IMG/VR virus record: IMGVR_UViG_3300013121_000046
From: a virus
Lineage: Duplodnaviria > Caudoviricetes
Reading direction: 5' to 3' (one strand)
Length of the DNA: 64,000 bases
Below, in pieces: positions 63,158 through 64,000 of this stretch (its first letter is position 1; each line of letters opens with the position of its first letter). A program made the position numbers and the translations under genes. The notes under the pieces are model-generated. The model was not told where the DNA came from. It made no database searches and was given only the letters and a program-made list of their open reading frames with translations.

Positions 63158-63961
63158 TTAGAACTCTTGATTTTTCACCTGGTTAGCAGCATGGTCACCC
63201 AATCGCTTCACCCAACGACTAACAAACTTTTTGGCGTTTGCAGCCGATACCTGCACCTCACCACTCTTCTGAGTAAGAATACTATCGGCAACCTCAACAG
63301 TAGCTACCTTAGTGGTAGGATTCTCAGACAGAAGAGTGAATGTTACCGAGCCCGGAGTCAAAAGACTACCCTCTCGATTAGTCGCCGCGAGAGTGACCTC
63401 TAGAACATTATCATAATCGTCGCAGCTTGTAGACCAACTACCGGCTGTTCGTCTACCACTGGCCGACGAAGCTAACTTTGACCAACTATCTTTCAAACAC
63501 TGCCAACCTGATGGAGCCTTTCTCTGAGCCGCCGTTCTACCCGAAGCAATAGAGGCAAATTTTCTAGCTAAGGTTTTCAATTCCTTATCATTAGCTATTA
63601 CAGCAGCCTTCGGAAGAACACCCAAAAGGCTAGCCATCAATTTCTTAGGGGTGACTTCTTCACCCGAAGCGTAGGCTTTATTCACAGCAGCATGGGCTTT
63701 CTTTACCGCAGCAAAGCTAATTTTAGAGGCCTTAGGGGTTGAACTAACCTGAGGCCCAGTCTGAATTTTCAAGGGAGCCTCAGTACCCCAAAATTCTAAA
63801 TCCGTAGGCTTCTGATTATCATCCACGGCCGAATCATGGCCGGTTTCATCCAAATCAGCAGTTGAGAGAAGCCCATCAGAAGCCACATCAGGTTCAAATT
63901 CTGTAGCCACTCGTTTAGCTACTTGTCGAATTCTACGAGCCAACACTTTATCCTTAGCCAA
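63158..63961 (-). CDS. putative internal head protein
   Basis: Many K/R-x-A motifs; shares DLEF[W/F]GT with 62063..63136. Confidence 0.55.
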   Translation of the reverse strand: MAKDKVLARRIRQVAKRVATEFEPDVASDGLLSTADLDETGHDSAVDDNQKPTDLEFWGTEAPLKIQTGPQVSSTPKASKISFAAVKKAHAAVNKAYASGEEVTPKKLMASLLGVLPKAAVIANDKELKTLARKFASIASGRTAAQRKAPSGWQCLKDSWSKLASSASGRRTAGSWSTSCDDYDNVLEVTLAATNREGSLLTPGSVTFTLLSENPTTKVATVEVADSILTQKSGEVQVSAANAKKFVSRWVKRLGDHAANQVKNQEF

Positions 63962-64000
63962 GATTCTATCGTGAGCATTTTTAAGATACCTCTGGATAGC

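Noticed and set aside
1-64000. Other plus-strand ORFs and nested minus-strand ORFs in the track (e.g. 5170..5706, 35774..36439, 32057..32434)
   Set aside because: They overlap well-supported minus-strand genes and have no recognisable motifs
1-64000. Stop-codon reassignment
   Set aside because: Conserved genes are full length under the standard code, and TAA, TAG (e.g. MCP) and TGA (e.g. 8912) all terminate genes
1-64000. tRNA or rRNA genes
   Set aside because: No cloverleaf or T-loop signature seen in the short intergenic gaps by eye; tRNAscan-SE or ARAGORN would be decisive

Overview
A 64-kb segment of a large tailed dsDNA phage (Caudoviricetes). Essentially all real genes lie on the minus strand and use the standard genetic code. 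Read right to left, it begins with the head and packaging module: head-associated proteins, terminase large subunit, intein-containing portal, a WYL protein, prohead protease, acidic scaffold, decoration protein and a short HK97-type major capsid protein. Next is an accessory block: LAGLIDADG endonuclease, a LAGLIDADG-methyltransferase fusion, MT-A70 methyltransferase, dCTP deaminase and a MoxR AAA+/VWA-metallopeptidase pair. A terminator-bounded operon follows, with a subtilisin and two exported c-type cytochrome proteins. Then come glycosylation-related genes including a plant SERGT1/HPAT-like transferase, SpoVG, and head-tail joining genes. The tail module has three tube-like paralogs (one split by an intein), chaperones, a tape measure protein and a hub protein. 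The zinc-ribbon SpoVG and Planctomycete-type cytochrome c domains suggest a Planctomycetota host (inference). Most notable: the cytochrome c/protease operon, the tail-tube intein, the apparently inactivated LAGLIDADG fused to a methyltransferase, the plant-type protein O-glycosyltransferase, and several long G-U-rich non-coding hairpins. All family calls come from motif recognition by eye; no searches were run.
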